36,625 nt of DNA. Origin: Octopus bimaculoides. Lineage: Eukaryota. Made by a program: the position numbers and the translations under genes. Each line of letters begins with the position of its first letter. Positions within the stretch are counted from its first letter, which is position 1. Positions 11,361 to 24,159 of the stretch are shown one piece after another. The stretch is from positions 51,571,632 through 51,608,256 of the forward strand of contig NC_068983.1 of NCBI RefSeq assembly GCF_001194135.2, given 5' to 3'. Below the pieces are notes generated by a model, which saw only the letters and a list, made by a program, of their open reading frames with translations, ran no database searches and had not been told where the DNA came from.

Positions 11361-11902
11361 CCGTGACTGAATTACCTAACGGTTATATTGCGCTGAAATT
11401 TTATTGTTTCCTCGACAGCATAGAATCTAATTGCAGAGATGGAAATCACCTACTAGCATGTCACATCTGAATATGCACACGCGTGTCCCTGACAAGGGAC
11501 ACAACCTACGAATCTGTTTTTTTACTCTGGTGATTTGCATTACCGCCGTCGCTAGATGTCACCAATACATTCCATACATTATCAAATCCTGCTTTAACTT
11601 GTGTTCGCAACATAGACGTGTTTTTCTATTCCGAATATTCATATTAGAAATATTTCTTACAGTTAGCTATGTATCTTCAATACTTAAACGTAGAAATTAT
11701 GTATAATTTATGTCTCGATGACATATATTCATGAAATATAACCTAAGTTTTAGAAAACTATTTGTCCGATATTGGGATAAAAATGAATACATTTAAATTA
11801 CTTATATACTCTCTCACTGATCATCCATGTATTAATTATTCCGTCTATATTTAATCTCAGATTTATATAAAAACCGGTGAGAAATGAGGATTTATGACTA
11901 AC

Positions 11903-12031
11903 AGTACTGATAATTTAGTTGACGTAGAATTCGGTGTAGCTGTCTTTCATATTCTGGCGGTTTCAAAGAATTTCTCAGAATCATCACTTCTGCTTTCACT
12001 ATATTTATTTGAAGATAACATCCTTTTGAAG
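11903..12031 (-). CDS. Candidate 129-nt exon (S)SKGCYLQINIVKAEVMILRNSLKPPEYERQLHRILRQLNYQY (phase 1-1)
   Basis: Acceptor TGTATTGTATTCTAG|CT, donor ACT|GTTAGT, length divisible by 3, only this frame open between the sites. Confidence 0.4.
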
Positions 12032-12376
12032 CTAGAATACAATACATGTATCTTATATACTTTGCGGTGTTACTATTTCAGGTATCATCGATTAAAGTAA
12101 ATCAACATTTTATATCAAGATAATTCCGTTGTCGATGTGGTTTGTATAAATTTCTCTATCGCATACTCTGATAATATGGTTAACTGTAGCGTCTTTCTGA
12201 AATGTTTGGCATTCCCAATAGGGATATCAAATATACTGTTAGTGAACATGAAAGATAAACCTATTTTTACAGACTTTGTGAAAACCACAATACAAAAATA
12301 TCTTTGTGCAATTATGACACACTATGTACACCCTGCAGGATTTGTATAATTATTACAATTTTTAGGACTAACTTAC

Positions 12377-12436
12377 ATGTTTTGAAGTCTGTATGTTGAA
12401 GTACTATTGGATTAGTTAAATATATTTCCGATTTTG
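12377..12436 (-). CDS. Candidate 60-nt exon xKSEIYLTNPIVLQHTDFKT (phase 1-1)
   Basis: Donor CAT|GTAAGT, acceptor GTTGCCTCTAG|CA, symmetric phase matching the 12031 exon. Confidence 0.35.
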
Positions 12437-12848
12437 CTAGAGGCAACATGCCATATATGTTCTATTCCTCTTAGACCAATACGAAATGCAATCACTTCTA
12501 GGGTATTTATGAAGCGGTCTGAACAAAAATTGCCAGTGGGAAAGATACTGCAATTATCAAAAGCGGGATTGAACAAAGCAAAGTCGTTGAACAGTTACCA
12601 TTCATTAAGGGAACGTATATCAAAGGCTTCTATAAATAATGCTTTGGCAGACAACCAGTTTTATTTCTTAAATCTTGAACATCAACCATAATTCTACAGA
12701 CAATAGATAGCGAATCATTGTGTTAAATTTGGAAGTTTGAGAGTTCTAAATTATAATGCACGGACGCTAAAAAGTTATACATATTTTCCAAATGTTCATG
12801 CCAATATTAGTGACATGTGCTATATTTATTTATCAGGACAGTACATGT

Positions 12849-12995
12849 GTATGTATGTATGTATGTATGTATGTATGAATGTATGTATTATGTATGCATA
12901 ACTAATACAGAATGGAACAAAGACACAAGAATGCAAAACATCCAGACAGTTAGCTGATATAAGAATTGGAGAAAACATATATGTGTGTGTGGATC

Positions 12996-13061
<66 letters not shown>

Positions 13062-13075
13062 GGATGGATGGATGT
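12849..13075. repeat. (ATGT)n, (AT)n and (ATGG)n microsatellites
   Basis: Read directly at about 12849-12895, 12998-13048 and 13060-13075. Confidence 0.93.
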
Positions 13076-13189
13076 ACAAAAAGAAAGGTAGGACGAGTAT
13101 TTAATTAGATTCAGGTGAATTTGAGGCAATTTATTATTTAACACTTTAATTTAGTTGATGAACTATTGAATGTCTTACTGCTGTTTCAG

Positions 13190-13250
13190 AGATATACCAA
13201 ATAATATGTCAGCATCTCCATACACTAGGCATTCCATCATAAAAGACAAG
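13190..13250 (+). CDS. Candidate 61-nt plus-strand exon DIPNNMSASPYTRHSIIKDK (phase 2-0)
   Basis: Strong acceptor GTCTTACTGCTGTTTCAG| and donor AAG|GTAAGA; one open frame. No partner exon established. Confidence 0.3.
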
Positions 13251-13756
13251 GTAAGAATTCATGAAAGTTCTAGACAGGGAATTCACAGTTTATAAAAGAA
13301 TAAAAGAAAAGAATGAAGAGTAATATAGTACATAGACGAATACAGACAGGACTGGAGAATGAAGTTCACAGTTCCTCCTCTTCCGGATGGCATGGAGGTT
13401 GGTCCGTACTACTGTGAAGGTATATGTCCTTAAATATAATCTCAGGTAAATCCAGACACTATTTAGATTAGCGTTTGCTTATTTAATCCTTATTTCATCT
13501 ATACAAGAGGTTACATTTCACTCAGAACTAATCATCTGCTCGTTAAGTTTTACTCAGATCTAATCAACTGGTCAAAGAGAGCTGGGTTAAAGATATTTGG
13601 TGAGAATGTTAACTACCCGTAAGGAAGAGCGAACATTGTGGAATCTCTCATTGGGAATTACTTGGTTCCATTAAATGATACGAAATTAGATAGAGGGCAG
13701 TTGATTATGCGGCATTTGTGATATGCAAATTAATAAAATCTGCATGTCTTCAGTTC

Positions 13757-14348
13757 CACACACACACATATACACGCATACACAAATGAAGATTGAAACA
13801 CATGACCATTTACATACACGGACACGTCACACGCAAGGGTACATATGGTGACACGCATGCATACATAACAAACACACGTACATTGTCACACAAACCCATA
13901 TACATAGACACACTCAAACATGCACACACAAGGACACAGATGTGCACACATAAATACACACACATACACATGCAACCATACAGCCGCTCATACAAATACA
14001 CAAACATGAACACACAAACACATGAATATGCAGAATACGTAATACATACAAACATACATACATACATATATATATATATATGCATACACACAGATGCATA
14101 CATACATGCATACAAACATATATATATATATATTTATACACATGCACACTGACGCACGCACATGCACATAACCGAACAAGCAAGAGGAATGCAGCCCTAA
14201 TAACGGCCAGATTCAACGACCATTGCAAAGTTTGCAAGACACAACGAAAATTTAAGAAAAAATAAGTAAATGAGTGGAAATCGAACCGGTGAATGTGTTA
14301 AATAATGAGGCACTAAAAGACAATGACTCTCCCCAGATACAATAGTAT

Positions 14349-14383
<35 letters not shown>
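13757..14383. repeat. Degenerate (CA)n/(TA)n/(CATA)n region and (AT)n tract
   Basis: Read directly; explains the His/Thr/Tyr/Ile-rich ORFs in the track. Confidence 0.85.
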
Positions 14384-14386
<3 letters not shown>

Positions 14387-14830
14387 CAAAAGGGGACTAG
14401 AGCGCAAAGCATCCGGAGAGTTTGGTGATACAAGAAGGGGACAACAAAACATCCAGATAGACGACATAAAGGAAACAAGGACAGGTTATTCCGGCACACA
14501 CATATATATTCAACGAAGGAAATAGAAAATATGCATGCAGATTAAAATTTCAGTGTAACTACTCATCGTGTTGTAAAGAATAAGAGTTAAGATAAATTAA
14601 TATTATTGTTAAAATCTATTGACTTCACGGAAGGAAAGTAATTTTTATTTGCCTACAGATAAACACAATAGTTATTTCCCTTGGCATACTGTTCTACTGA
14701 TCCTCTTATGGTTCCAAAATGTTACCTCAGAATGAATATGTTATGCAAATCGTACGTGTTACTTCATATTTAAATCAATATGTACTTTATTTTATCTACG
14801 ATTAATTATTAACCGAAGGTAATATATAAA

Positions 14831-15182
14831 CAGTGGTTTTTCAACCGGGGTCTATATGGCCTGTGAGGGCCAATATTAGATTTTGTTTCGTACATTCAAC
14901 AAAACAGTAAACTTTGGATCTACTATAGTATTTTAAGTGACATGAAAAGTCTTTGCTTTAGAGGTATGTATTGCTATGTATTGCAAGAAATATAAACCAC
15001 ATTTCTTCCTCTAATATACTACCTAGTTCAACTTACACAAGTTAACGTGTGCAAAACGAAATATGTATTTTAAAATAAGTTTCTACATAATTAGTTTTTA
15101 AATATCGAATGGCTATGGGGAATCACCAGAATAAAATAGTAACCAAAGGGGTCCATAGATAAACAGTGGATGAGAACCCAAG
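14831..15182 (+). mobile_element. hAT-type non-autonomous element (MITE-like)
   Basis: Left end CAGTGGTTTTTCAACCGGGGT matches the common hAT terminus CAGTGGTTCTCAACC; right end GGATGAGAACCCAAG is a degenerate complement; GGGGTC(C/T)AT near both ends. 8-bp TSD not resolved. Confidence 0.55.
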
Positions 15183-15816
15183 AATTAATATTTGTAACCG
15201 ATCTTATCACAATATTCCTAAAATGCATTTGTATTACTAGTGTTAACTGTATTGTGTACCATCGTATTTCTCTCAGTTTGATCGAATACGAAATATATAC
15301 GTACGATCATCGCTTTACAACTTGACTTTCACGAAGTGAACAAACTTGTAATGTAGATCAATTGTATTTATACCAAAATAAAAATATTGATAAAATATAT
15401 ACATGCAAATTTATCAAAAACACATTATATATTATAACGTCATCAAAAGTGTAGATCTGAAATATTATTTGCAGAACTCTACCCACTCTCCTATCTACGT
15501 ATATACATACACGCATACATACGTATAAATATATATAACTACGTACATACATATGTATATCCATATCTATGCACACACTCACATATATACATATAATTGT
15601 ACACGTACATATGTACTTCTTCTATGACATACCTTTAACAAACGAAAAAGGATCAACATATAATACAGAGAGAATCTCTTTTAAGTCTATAGTAATAAAG
15701 ATTCTCACCTAAAATTCCATATCCATGGAACTAAAGAAAAAGAAAGAGAAACACAACCCGTTTCGTTGACTATCAATATTTACGACTTTTAAACTTCCAC
15801 TGCAGTATTTTTACTG

Positions 15817-17066
15817 TCAGGTTGGTTAAAAAGTAAGCAACGTTTTGAATCATGAGAAATGTGTACCGCATTTTTGCAGAGTTTGGAAATTTTTTAAACA
15901 TTCTTTTGAAATTGTCTGATAATATAGACATAGTCTTGCTTAAATCCACCAATAAATTACGATTGATTTTTTTTCATCGTTGTTACAACCATCTGAAATG
16001 GAACTGTCAATGCGCGATATTCGAGCAATGTTGCTATTAAACTTCAAGAAAGGACGTAAAGCAGCTGAAACTGCACCGCGATATCAACAAAACTTTTGGT
16101 GAGGAAATGACCAGTGGGTAGTCAGTTCTAAAATGTTTTCAACGATTTCGCAGTAGAGACCTGAGCCATGAAGAAAGTGATCGTGTTGGACAGCCATCTG
16201 TCATCGATACACCCAATTAAAGATCGCTATTGAGAAAGATCCACGTAAAACCACACGAGAACTGGCAAAAGAACTTCAAGTTAGCCAGAAACTGCCTGCA
16301 ACTAGCTGCATGCGATCGAAAAATCAAAATGTTCCACAAATGGGTACCGCACAATATGAATGAAAATCAGAAAATGTGCGTAACCAGATCGATCCATTTC
16401 TCGACCGTAGTTTAACTTGTGATGAAAAGTGGATTTTGTACAATTATAAAGAAAGGTTCTTCACAGTGGTTGGACCAAATGAAGCACTAAAATTCTTCCC
16501 TAAACCCGAGCTCTTCAAACAGAATGTTATCGTAACTGTTTAGTGGTGTACTGCTGGACTCATCCGATATAATTTCTTAAAACCCGGAAAAACCATTACT
16601 GCAGAAACATATTGCCATGAAGTTGCCAAAATGAACGAAAAAGTGATACTTCCTCATCCAAGACTGGTCAATAGAAGAGGGTCAATCATTCTTTATGACA
16701 ATGACCGACCACACATTTCATTAATGGCGCTCCAGAAGTCGATGGAAATCGGCTACCAAGTTTTTCCCCACCCAGCTTATTCCCCAAACGATTATTCTAC
16801 CGACTATCACTTTTCCAAGCACTTTGATGGTTTCCTGCGAGAGAAGGAGTTCAAAATCAAACCGATGCTGAAAGTGCATTCAAAGAGTTCATAAGCTCCA
16901 GAACTCCAAATGTTTATATTATCGGAATAAACAAACTTGTAACTCGTTGGCAAAAATGTGTTGATTTTAATGGTACTTATTTTGATGAATAAAATTTCCG
17001 CATTGTTGAAATATATTGTGATTAATTTCATGTTTCAAAACTTTGTTTAGTTTTTACTCAGCCTAA
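15817..17066 (+). mobile_element. Full-length decayed mariner (DD34D, Hsmar1-like)
   Basis: Imperfect TIRs TCAGGTTGGTTAAAAAGTAAGCAACGTTTTGAA and reverse complement TTAGGCTGAGTAAAAACTAAACAAAGTTTTGAA; length 1250 bp. TA duplications decayed. Confidence 0.9.
15998..16992 (+). pseudogene. Mariner transposase pseudogene
   Basis: MELSMRDIRAMLLLNFKKG..., KWVPH, TCDEKWILY, LYDNDRPH, HPAYSP...TDYHFSKHFDGFL, RWQKCVDFNGTYFDE*, broken by frameshifts and stops. Confidence 0.92.
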
Positions 17067-17489
17067 AAGTAGGTTAGTCTGTGTTGAAGAAATATTTTAT
17101 GGAACAATATTCGCATAATAATGTATACTCTCGAGAGGGTGATACCCACATGATATACTATTTTATGTTAGCGTTGAGAGCGTTGAAAATCAATTTTAAT
17201 GATGGGATTATAAAATTGCCAATTACGAAAGTGCGGCGAAAAAAATAATGAGTCATTATTAGTGCTTCTTCCTATTCCCTTTTAATACATAATCGAGTGA
17301 GATAGCACTAGAACGTTTCGATATATTTTAGGTGGATTATGTATCATACATGGTGCGTTTGTTAGTAGTGACTAGCTCATTATTGAACATCGACTCAGGT
17401 GTTGCTAGAGACTTCAAGTGATGGACAGAAATGTTAACATGCTGATATTTGTAAAGATATCAGCGATATCGACATTTAGTTAAGATTAC

Positions 17490-17555
17490 ATTTTCCGCAA
17501 CTGAAATTATTGCAGCGTTTCGCCAATTTTCGTAGTAGAAATCAATTAATGATTC
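17490..17555 (-). CDS. Candidate 66-nt exon ESLIDFYYENWRNAAIISVAEN (phase 0-0)
   Basis: Strong acceptor CTCTATCATTTTATTTTAG|GAA, moderate donor AAT|GTAATC; only one open frame. Confidence 0.25.
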
Positions 17556-17664
17556 CTAAAATAAAATGATAGAGACTTTGCTGTCTATGAGATCGTGTTC
17601 GTGTGTTCGATACCTTCCATTGCTATATACTTCCAGCGGCTAGCACAAGAGTATAATCACCTAC

Positions 17665-17732
17665 TTGGCGAGAATATGCAGATACGTTTGTGTATACGCA
17701 CTTTCAGAAATACGCACCCACTTTCTGAAATT
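17665..17732 (-). CDS. Candidate 68-nt exon (two frames open)
   Basis: Branch-like CCTAAC, acceptor CTTCCAAACTTAG|, donor CAA|GTAGGT; frame ambiguous. Confidence 0.18.
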
Positions 17733-18768
17733 CTAAGTTTGGAAGTTAGGATATCAAATTATTATGCGTGTTTTACATTCGATATTTTGCTACCTTCTTT
17801 AATTCTTGAGAAAAATGTAATAAATTTGCAAGGCTTCAGATAGTGTTGAGAATATTTGATATTTGACCATTTATTTTAAGATATGAAGAAATTCTTGGTG
17901 AAATGATATAATCCAACTCCAATCAAAAAATATTAATTTATCAATAAATGATTTTGCACTGTATCATATAATATTTAAAATTTTGGCACAGGGCCAGCAA
18001 TTTCCGGGAAGGTTAAGTCGATTATATCGACACTGGTTCTCAACTGGTACATACTTTAACGACACGAAAGTATGAAAAGTAAAGTTTACCTCGGTGGAAC
18101 TGACTGTATTATATATTCGGATTCGAAATAGCATACAACACACTTGAAGGGAAACCAAATATTTCTTGGAGTGACATTTATCATTCAATTTCTATCTTTT
18201 AATGTTTTACGCATCCTTGACAGTGAATTGTTCGGCATTATGGAAAACATATTTTCTCTTTATATGTTAAGCTCCGAGGAAGCTGCACCGACATATAGCT
18301 GAGAACACTGCATCTTATAGCAGAAACATTTGTAAGCTAATGCAGTCATTACATATTTTTTTTATGTTCGCTTGACATTTATTTCATTTCATATTCTGCA
18401 GTATGTGCACATTGAGTGTTAACACCAGGTCATTACGCCCGATCAGTTGTTTTTTGGTCACGTAAGGACACACACACTTTTTATCCGTACCGCCTGCTCC
18501 TTCCTCCTTTTACTCTTCTCTGGACGTTTTTCTCTATCTGACAAAGAGTCATGCCCAAAACGCCATTCGTACACCCATTTTTACATTTAACACATTCACT
18601 TATCGGTAGCCTAATATATTCACTGTGTACGTGCAAATGGCTTTTATTGTTTTCATTTTTTGAGGGTGGGGGAATATGTCTCCGCCTCTCTCTATATACG
18701 CGTGGGTTTGGGTGTTTCAATGTATGTGTGTAGATAAATGGTTACATAGATAAATACATATATATTTA

Positions 18769-19409
18769 AAGGGTGCGGTGAGTAAAATCTCGTCTAAACT
18801 ATGCAACAATGAAAATAAAACTACTTTTCATTTTAAGAGATATATTTCCCAAAATTACGTAAAAATATCTTGAAATATTAAACAGTATATTTATACAATA
18901 GAATCGCCATTAGCCTCAACCACAGTCTCCATACGACTTCGGAATCTCCAGCAATATTTCTGGACGGTCTCCTTGTTTAAGATGGTGAATGCTGCCATAA
19001 TCCTTGCCTTCAGTTCGTCTTTGATGTTACAAGAAGTTCTGTTGGTTTCTCGCTCAACTGCACGCCATACATAATAACTAAGGGGGTTGCAGTCATAACG
19101 TCGCCATCAATAGTGATCACTCCAAACTCCATGATGTTGACAGGATGTTGGATTTTTAACATTCTCTGTACATGTCCTCAGATTGCACTGTTCTCAGATT
19201 AACATCAATTACAAACACTCTGAAATATTTGTACTGGAGCCTCCGGCCTGATTGCCAGATAGTACCACACGTCATTTCAAAATTTTTGGCAGAGTGTCAT
19301 CGTGCTAAGTGACCTTACTATGTTGTGAAATCGACATTATCAAAAACAAACAATGTCCATGCTTGAACTTAAAAGTATGAAATGGAAACAATATACCCAT
19401 TGCACCCTG
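18769..19409 (-). mobile_element. Internally deleted DD37D (maT) element with both TIRs
   Basis: TA|AAGGGTGCGGTGAGTA at 18769 and TACCCATTGCACCCTG|TA ending 19409. Remnants: N-terminus (..STNISECL..NLRTVQ), mid part (QHPVNIMEFGVITIDGDVM), C-terminus (DCNPLSYYVWRAVERETNRTSCNIKDELKARIMAAF...VVEANGDSIV*). Confidence 0.88.
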
Positions 19410-19448
19410 TATATACACTTATACAGATATATATATATATATATATAT

Positions 19449-19721
19449 NNNNNNNNNNNNNNNNNNNNNNNNNNNNNNNNNNNNNNNNNNNNNNNNNNNN
19501 NNNNNNNNNNNNNNNNNNNNNNNNNNNNNNNNNNNNNNNNNNNNNNNNNNNNNNNNNNNNNNNNNNNNNNNNNNNNNNNNNNNNNNNNNNNNNNNNNNNN
19601 NNNNNNNNNNNNNNNNNNNNNNNNNNNNNNNNNNNNNNNNNNNNNNNNNNNNNNNNNNNNNNNNNNNNNNNNNNNNNNNNNNNNNNNNNNNNNNNNNNNN
19701 NNNNNNNNNNNNNNNNNNNNN
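19449..19721. other. Assembly gap (273 N) inside an (AT)n tract
   Basis: N run flanked by (AT)n on both sides. Confidence 0.99.
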
Positions 19722-19767
<46 letters not shown>

Positions 19768-19882
19768 CACAAACACACACGCATAAACATGTACACAAAC
19801 ACACATAAACATGCACACACACACACATGACACACATATATGCTCATTTCGTATAAACCTTGCTCTGCTTTCGGTTCTGCAG

Positions 19883-19981
19883 GAAAAATTAGAGCAGGGA
19901 GATATGCTATAGGCCCGGGTTTATCCATAAGTGAATTTCCCAGACAAACACTCTGCAGAAGACCATCGTCTATGTGTACAG
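19883..19981 (+). CDS. Candidate 99-nt plus-strand exon GKIRAGRYAIGPGLSISEFPRQTLCRRPSSMCT (phase 1-1)
   Basis: Acceptor CTGCTTTCGGTTCTGCAG|, donor CAG|GTGTGT, length divisible by 3; the antisense frame is also open, so strand is uncertain. Confidence 0.2.
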
Positions 19982-21329
19982 GTGTGTGCGGTTTTATTTG
20001 TGCATATATGTTTCAGCATGTTCGACGTCAACAAGAGTTTTTCGGTTGCTTATGTCATGTGCAATAAGAGAATGATTTCAAATACCAGTGTTGGATTTAT
20101 TCGACGGGGTCGGTGTCCCAACATTCCCACAGTACTATGATCCCCAAAATACAAGACTATTTTGATACCGGACACAGAAGTACAATGTTGAGGTATAAAA
20201 GTAAAAGAAAATATGTCGTGTTAGAAAAAAGTTACTAAAGCGTCTTATGCTTAAAATTGATGTCTTCTGCCGTACTGGATTTTCAACTCGCAATTACAGA
20301 TGATGACATCAGGACCGATATCAACGAGAAAGCCCCCTACCAGTATTTATTTCACCAATTCAACATCTTACCCCTTTTAATGTGCCAGCCTTATTTTATA
20401 CGATAAATAATACGTATGAAAGTCAGGATAAGTTATTGGGTCTGGTTAGCGATAGAAAAGAGGTTCAGTTGAGCAACTAGGAATATTACTTGTCACTCGC
20501 TAGCCAGACCACGTGTAAGAGCAAAACTTTTCAAATCATATTTTTTCTGATGTGATCGTCTCGCAAAAGAAAAACAACTTAAACCTAGAAAACTATTAAC
20601 AGGGAGACATGGGATATATAACAAAAACATTTGAGCCTATCAAAGAGTCTGATAGACAACACTAGGAACTAAAGAACACTGGTCGGAATCTGCCACATAG
20701 TTTCGTCATACATTTGTATTACGACGACTGTTGCAAGATAAAACGATTGAGGCGCATGTTATAGTGGCATCATATCCCTTTCAGTCACGCACGTCTTCAT
20801 TCCAATGCCACCTTTATAAATGCCGGTAATAAAACTTCAGTGTTAAACTCAGAGAAAAGAGGCGAAGAATTTAATCATGCTAAGGAAATGTGTTATATTT
20901 ATCAAGTAGCAAAACCAACCGTCAGAAACCAGGAAGCATCATACTAACATCATTTAGTCTTCTAACAAATGTCACTGAGGCCCAACATCACGTTTCTCTA
21001 TATTTCCGCATGTCATATAACTTATACTTGTTCTGTTTACTGAGAAAGTGATGCTAACGAATAAAATGCTTTTCATATCCACTCAACATTATTCATAACA
21101 ATACGAAATTGAGAGTGCACTAGCTGACAAACTTTACAAATGAAAAACACAGATAGGACTAGTCATTTCTGAAAACCATTCTTCTCAAACTACCGCATTA
21201 TATTGTGTTTCCAGAAGGAAAAAAAAAACACTAGTTGCTTATTCTCATAAATAATTAATATTTTCCCGGCCACAATGCGTGTGTGTGTGTGAAGTGGGGG
21301 ATTGATAGATAAGTAAATAGCTAGATAGG

Positions 21330-21360
<31 letters not shown>

Positions 21361-24119
21361 GCACACACAAACACACACAAATACACACATATATATTGCA
21401 TAGAGTAACATGAACCTGAGCTATTGAAGTATTCTATGAAATACGCAATACATATAACGCAAATACTAAAATTTCAAATATGTTTATTTCAATTCAGTCT
21501 GTATAATTGGATGTGACAGATTTTTTTCAGAAGCCAAATATTATTAATTTCGGATATTGGCTGATAGTTTATACAAATATTCTTAATCACAATAATTTTA
21601 GAGTATATCAAAATAATCACCTACTTATATAAATTTCCGAATACCATTTTTAGTATTAGTTTGTGCAGATTTACACTCCTGTTAATAAGTTTGTTACAGG
21701 ACAAGTGTTAGGAACATGACTGAAGAAGCCCTTAAAATATTAAATTATCTAAATGTAATGCAACATAATTTAATTCATTTCTTGATTTCATTTTACCTAG
21801 AATGTCTACAAAATCTACAGAATTAGGTACATAAATGAGTAATTTTCTGAAATACTAGAAATTATTCATCAATTACGGTCATATTAAAAACTTGTATGAT
21901 AATTAAAAAGCTTAAAATATAATTAAATAAGAGAATACCATTCACTCTCATACATTCCCTCTTAAAATAATAGTACTATATTTATGTTAGCTTCTATCTT
22001 AGTATTAATTTAAAACATTCACACATAATAGCGTATACTAAACCATTTCGCAAAAGTAATCGAAAATAAACCTATTGCGAACAAAATAAATACATTAAAA
22101 ATTTCCTAGATGTATTTTAAATTATATACTGAAAATCTAATTATATAATTCGTATCACATAATTATCGAATGCTATTCAAATTAAGTTCTTAAATAGAAT
22201 ATTTATTTTTCTATAGAGAACTTAAACTGATTGGAAATCGTGTAACTATACGAAGTTATTTAGTTAACTCACTATCGAAAATAATATTCTGATAAATTTC
22301 TTAGTATTTTTAATTATAATATCCATCATAAAGTGTGAATATGTATTGTTTCTGTTAAATTAGATATACAATTATGATGAATTCACAAAAGTAGTTTATA
22401 AATATGTTCACATATACGTAATTTGTTTTTAATGCAAATATGTATTTCAAAAGTGTTTTTCCTCATCTAATAAATTCCCAGTATTAAAAAGCCAATTCTG
22501 TTTATATTTGGCTCAAATACAATTTCTATAACATGCAGCTGTGAATAATAGTTTGCGACTAAATATATTACATAATGGAATTTATGAATTAAAATGCAAA
22601 AATCAAGGTATTTTCTGAAACAAAATTTGTAAACAATCCAAGACTAATAATTTTCAGTACGAGTTCTGTGTAATAATATGTTAATATTTATTTAGTTTTA
22701 GAGATTAAATTACAAAGTTCTAATCGGCTACGTGTATGAAAAATATGAAGATATACATTTTAACAAATAAAATCAAATTCGTTTCAAACAAAATTTACTG
22801 TTAATTTTGTAGAACAACTCAATTCCTTTGCAAGCCAAAGTACACTCAATATCATCAATAATAGCATTCCAACTTATTTTCCGTTTGGATTATATAATAA
22901 GCAGGAATTATTATATAATAATACAAATGTCTATATTCCTACAAATGTTTATTTTCCTTTACATGAATCTAAAGTGTATTTCAACAGAACAGAGTGAATA
23001 CCACGAAGAGAAAATTGTTAATGCGTTACACATTTTCATAAAAAGGACGTTCACAAATCACTTTAACGATCAAAAGTTTAAGTCTCTGCAATCTGATATT
23101 TTTTATATATTATGCATCCATAGCAGAAACGCTTTCACAAAGTATCATCAATTGCAAAAAATTTGCTATGCAGAGGCTTCGATTTTACTTGAAATATAAC
23201 TTATATTCTAAGGACTTAGTTAGTGCAATCAATTAGACATGTTTTTTGATTCGAATGGGATTTTATAATATTCTTCCTAAATAAGACAACGCGTTCTCAG
23301 CCATGAATCAAATAATTTATTTATTGACAAAATGTCAGTAGTGTTAATTATTATCCACTACTTCTGGAGAAAAAGTGGCTTGTCGAGATTTCGCGTTTTG
23401 TTAATAATCGTTGAAACTCATGCACCACAGATTCTATGAAAGACTACTGCAATAAAAACATTATTGCCCGTTTCTAGTTACATACTCCCCCCCCCCAAAA
23501 AAAAAACAGCTCCTCAATAGTTAACGAAAATCTGCAGGATATAATTCAAGAAGTATTTTTGGTTTTGATTTTTAGATAACTCTTGATATAATGAATGAAG
23601 TCATAAAAAGGGAATCGTCTATTCCGAATTATTTTAACTCACAGAACGTGGACTAAGATGCGGCCTGTGAATTAAAATTAATTTTCATGCAACTAGAATT
23701 GTATTAAAAACTATATACCCACAGAAAGGATTATGCAATAGAACATAATTATCATTAATATATAAAATATGCTCCAGATGATAATTCCTTAAGCAGCGTG
23801 AGAATTAATTGACTTATGTTAAACAATTGTTTTAATTCCGTCTTCCAGATTTCATCTATATTTGACGCTGTTTGCCTTTTAAAAATTTGAAGTTTTTTTA
23901 AATTAGCATCTTAATTACTTTTCAATACTGTTGGCTCCTTGTGTAACTCCATTCTTTCCATATCTCATTTTATTTCATTTTTTTCAGTATCTTACGTATT
24001 TGCAATGGATTTCCAGTGGGTTTACATACGCATATTACTATAACCTGCAGCAAATTTGAAATTATCGATCCCTTCCTCTTAAAAGGTCTTGGAAAAGCTT
24101 AATAAATGTGTATCATCAC

Positions 24120-24159
24120 ATTACATAACCACATGTTACATAACCACTCGTTACATAAC
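24120..24159. promoter_or_regulatory. Three tandem PAR-bZIP/NFIL3-type D-box matches at 15-bp spacing
   Basis: ATTACATAAC (24120), GTTACATAAC (24135), GTTACATAAC (24150); each reverse complement matches RTTAYGTAAY exactly. Function not shown. Confidence 0.45.

Noticed and set aside
12434-12691. 85-aa plus-strand ORF and neighbouring 11894..12100 and 12137..12349 ORFs
   Set aside because: No strong donor on the plus strand and no recognisable motif; the minus strand offers better splice sites here. Not fully excluded.
19340-19928. 150-170-aa ORFs in the track
   Set aside because: They run through the 273-N gap and (AT)n/(CA)n repeats.
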